Positions 56,665 to 58,715 of a stretch of 58,715 bases of DNA are shown piece after piece; the first letter of the stretch is position 1, and each line of letters begins with the position of its first letter. The notes beneath the pieces were generated by a model, which ran no database searches, was not told the origin of the DNA, and was given only the letters and a program-made list of their open reading frames with translations. The DNA comes from an uncultured Thermoanaerobaculia bacterium (GTDB lineage: Bacteria > Acidobacteriota > Thermoanaerobaculia > Gp7-AA8): the NCBI GenBank assembly GCA_964650405.1, contig CAZYTO010000003.1, positions 1-58,715 of the forward strand. The letters are read 5' to 3'. The position numbers and the translations under genes were made by a program.

Positions 56665-58011
56665 ATGACCACCATACCCCCACCTCCCACCCGTCCCTGG
56701 CTGCGCGCGTGTGTCTGGCTCGCCTTCCTCGGGCCGTTCTTCTTCGCCAGCTACGGATTCGCGAACTGGCTGGCCAGCCGCCGCAGCGGGGTGCCGTCGA
56801 TCGTCTATCCGTGGGAGCACTCCATTCCGTTCCTGCCCTGGACCATCGTTCCCTACTGGTCGATCGACCTGCTCTACGCCATCTCGCCGTTCCTCTGCAC
56901 GACGCGGCGGGAGATCGACCGCCATGCCCAGCGCCTGCTGTTCGTGCAATGCGTCTCCGTGACGTGCTTCCTCGCCTTCCCCCTGCGGTTCTCCTTCCCG
57001 CGGCCGGCGGCGCACGGCTTCTTCGGCTCGCTCTTCACGGCCCTCCGCGGCTTCGACCAGCCGTTCAACCAGGCGCCGTCGCTGCACATCGCCATCCTCG
57101 TCGTGCTGTGGGTGCTGTACGCCCGGCACGTCCCGCCGCGCTGGCACTGGCTCCTGCACGGGTGGATGGCGCTCATCGGCGTCTCGATTCTCACCACCTG
57201 GCAGCATCACTTCATCGACCTCCCCACCGGCGCTGGCGCCGGGTTGCTTGCGTTGTGGGTGTTGCCGGATGCGGCGGCACTCCCCCAGCCGCCCACGGGG
57301 GTTCGGCACGACGCAGTCGTGCCCTACAGCCTGGGGCTAACTCGTGATCCCGTCCGGCGGCGTATTGCGGTGATCTACGCGGCGGGCGCGATCGTGTTCG
57401 GCGTCGTCGCGTGCCGCGGCGGGGCGTGGCTGTGGCTGGCCTGGGTGGCCACGGCGCTGGCGATCGTGGCGTGGAACTACGCCTTCGCCGGCGCGGCGGG
57501 CTTTCAGAAGCAGAGCGACGGCCGGCTGAGCCCCGGGGCGTACGGGCTGCTCGTTCCGTACCTGGCCGGAGCGTGGCTCAACTCGCGCCTCTGGACCTGG
57601 CGCGGCGCGTCCGCGGCCGAGATCGCGGACGGCGTTTCCATCGGCCGCATCCCCACCTGGCGCGAGTTCGCGGCGACGCCGTTTCGCGCCGTCGTGGACG
57701 TCGTGGCCGAGCTTCCCTGCCGCGTCCGCGGCGCACGCTTCTACCGCGTCCTTCCGGTCCTCGACCTCACCGTCCCGTTACCGGAGACGCTCAAGGCCGC
57801 CGCGCAGGCCATCGAAGAGGCGCGCTCCCACGGGCCGGTCCTCGTCTGCTGTGCCCTCGGCTATTCGCGCAGCGCGGCCGTGGTCGTGGCCTGGCTGGTC
57901 CTCACCGGGCGCGCGGCGTCCGTCGAGGCGGCGGTGGAACTGCTGCGCCGGGCGCGGCCGGCCGTGGTGCTCAAGCCCGCCCATCGCGTGGCCCTGGAGG
58001 GAATCGTATGA
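56665..58011 (+). CDS. ynbD: PAP2-like + dual-specificity phosphatase fusion (YnbD-like)
   Basis: PYWSID, FNQAPSLH, TTWQHHFID; CX5R loop VCCALGYSRSA. Confidence 0.88.
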   Translation: MTTIPPPPTRPWLRACVWLAFLGPFFFASYGFANWLASRRSGVPSIVYPWEHSIPFLPWTIVPYWSIDLLYAISPFLCTTRREIDRHAQRLLFVQCVSVTCFLAFPLRFSFPRPAAHGFFGSLFTALRGFDQPFNQAPSLHIAILVVLWVLYARHVPPRWHWLLHGWMALIGVSILTTWQHHFIDLPTGAGAGLLALWVLPDAAALPQPPTGVRHDAVVPYSLGLTRDPVRRRIAVIYAAGAIVFGVVACRGGAWLWLAWVATALAIVAWNYAFAGAAGFQKQSDGRLSPGAYGLLVPYLAGAWLNSRLWTWRGASAAEIADGVSIGRIPTWREFAATPFRAVVDVVAELPCRVRGARFYRVLPVLDLTVPLPETLKAAAQAIEEARSHGPVLVCCALGYSRSAAVVVAWLVLTGRAASVEAAVELLRRARPAVVLKPAHRVALEGIV

Positions 58012-58421
58012 CGGCAACGGAACGGGCCCAGGTCGTCGTGGCGGCGCGGCTGCTGCGCGCCACGTCGAAGCTGGACTGGCTCTCGACGGGGCTCACCCTC
58101 TTCACCGCCCTGGCGCTCCTCACGAGCACCGGCCCGCGCCCGATGGAGATCGTGGTGGTGGCCCTGGGCGCTCTGGCGCGGTGGTACGCGTTGCGGATCG
58201 ACTTCGACGCGCGGCTGCTGGAAGACGTGGCCGCCGACGTGCTGACCCGTGAGGATCTCGACGAAGCCTTCCTGGCCCTGTCCCTGGCCTCCCGCGAAAA
58301 GCTGGGACGCGACTGGAGCCAGCGCTGCCGCGGCGTGCGCGGCCTGGTCACGGTGTACGCAGCGCTCTTCGTCCTCCAGGTGGTCGCGTACCTCGCCGCC
58401 GCTATGATGATCGCCAAATGA
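58008..58421 (+). CDS. Hypothetical membrane protein of the ynb-type operon (137 aa)
   Basis: MTATERAQ...WYALRIDFDARLL...R.W..R..G...L; ATGA-coupled on both sides. Confidence 0.75.
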   Translation: MTATERAQVVVAARLLRATSKLDWLSTGLTLFTALALLTSTGPRPMEIVVVALGALARWYALRIDFDARLLEDVAADVLTREDLDEAFLALSLASREKLGRDWSQRCRGVRGLVTVYAALFVLQVVAYLAAAMMIAK

Positions 58422-58715
58422 CCGGCGCGCTGCAGAACCCCGTCTTCCGCACGTACCTTTTCGTGCTCCTGGGCCTGCTCGTCTTTGCCGGAGCGGCGCT
58501 GCTGGTGTTCAAATTCGTCTTCCACCGGAACATCACCCACGCCTGGAAGGCCTACCGCGGCTGGCTGATCATGATCCCGCTCGTGTTCGTGGCCCTCCTC
58601 TTCGGCCGCACCACGACGATCGTCTTCTTCACGCTCGTGGCCATCGGTGCCTTCACCGAGTTCGCCCGCGCCACGGGCCTCTACCGCGACTGGTGGATGA
58701 CCGGAGTGGTCGTGG
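58418..58715 (+). CDS. Phosphatidate cytidylyltransferase family (YnbB-like), partial
   Basis: Manual translation MTGALQNPVFRTY...AWKAYRGWLIMIP...AFTEFARATG; hydrophobic; operon context; runs off the window. Confidence 0.6.
   Translation, partial: MTGALQNPVFRTYLFVLLGLLVFAGAALLVFKFVFHRNITHAWKAYRGWLIMIPLVFVALLFGRTTTIVFFTLVAIGAFTEFARATGLYRDWWMTGVVV

Overview
High-GC bacterial chromosomal segment. Gene families and gene order suggest Acidobacteriota, probably Thermoanaerobaculia (inference). It holds about 50 real CDSs, one tRNA(CAT) and about 22 intergenic repeat loci; no rRNA, CRISPR array, transposase, integrase or prophage gene is visible. Housekeeping blocks are zinc-ribbon/rnhA/yggS/yggT/divIVA/hutI, LysM, lytic transglycosylase, GT2/LAB_N/amrA, tatD and a ynbA/C/D/B-type lipid operon. 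These alternate with secreted proteins (cupredoxin-IPT/TIG, a 2004-aa adhesin, a propeller-like repeat protein, DUF4331+TPR), signalling genes and accessory genes (SIR2-like-STAND-TPR, a DUF433/DUF5615 toxin-antitoxin pair, two methyltransferases, a divergent CCA/poly(A)-polymerase-fold nucleotidyltransferase). Most notable observations: (1) about ten families of 7/8-mer tandem repeats, usually as inverted arms next to stop codons, with one 2.2-kb gene lying inside the loop of such a palindrome like an inserted cassette; (2) a class II nucleotidyltransferase that keeps its catalytic aspartates but has lost the RRD and EDxxR specificity motifs, beside a methyltransferase; (3) a shared RR-x(2-3)-H C-terminal tail on two unrelated secreted proteins, a candidate sorting signal; (4) TAnnnT boxes 6-9 nt before many start codons, suggesting widespread leaderless mRNAs. 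All family calls come from motif recognition by eye; no database search was run.
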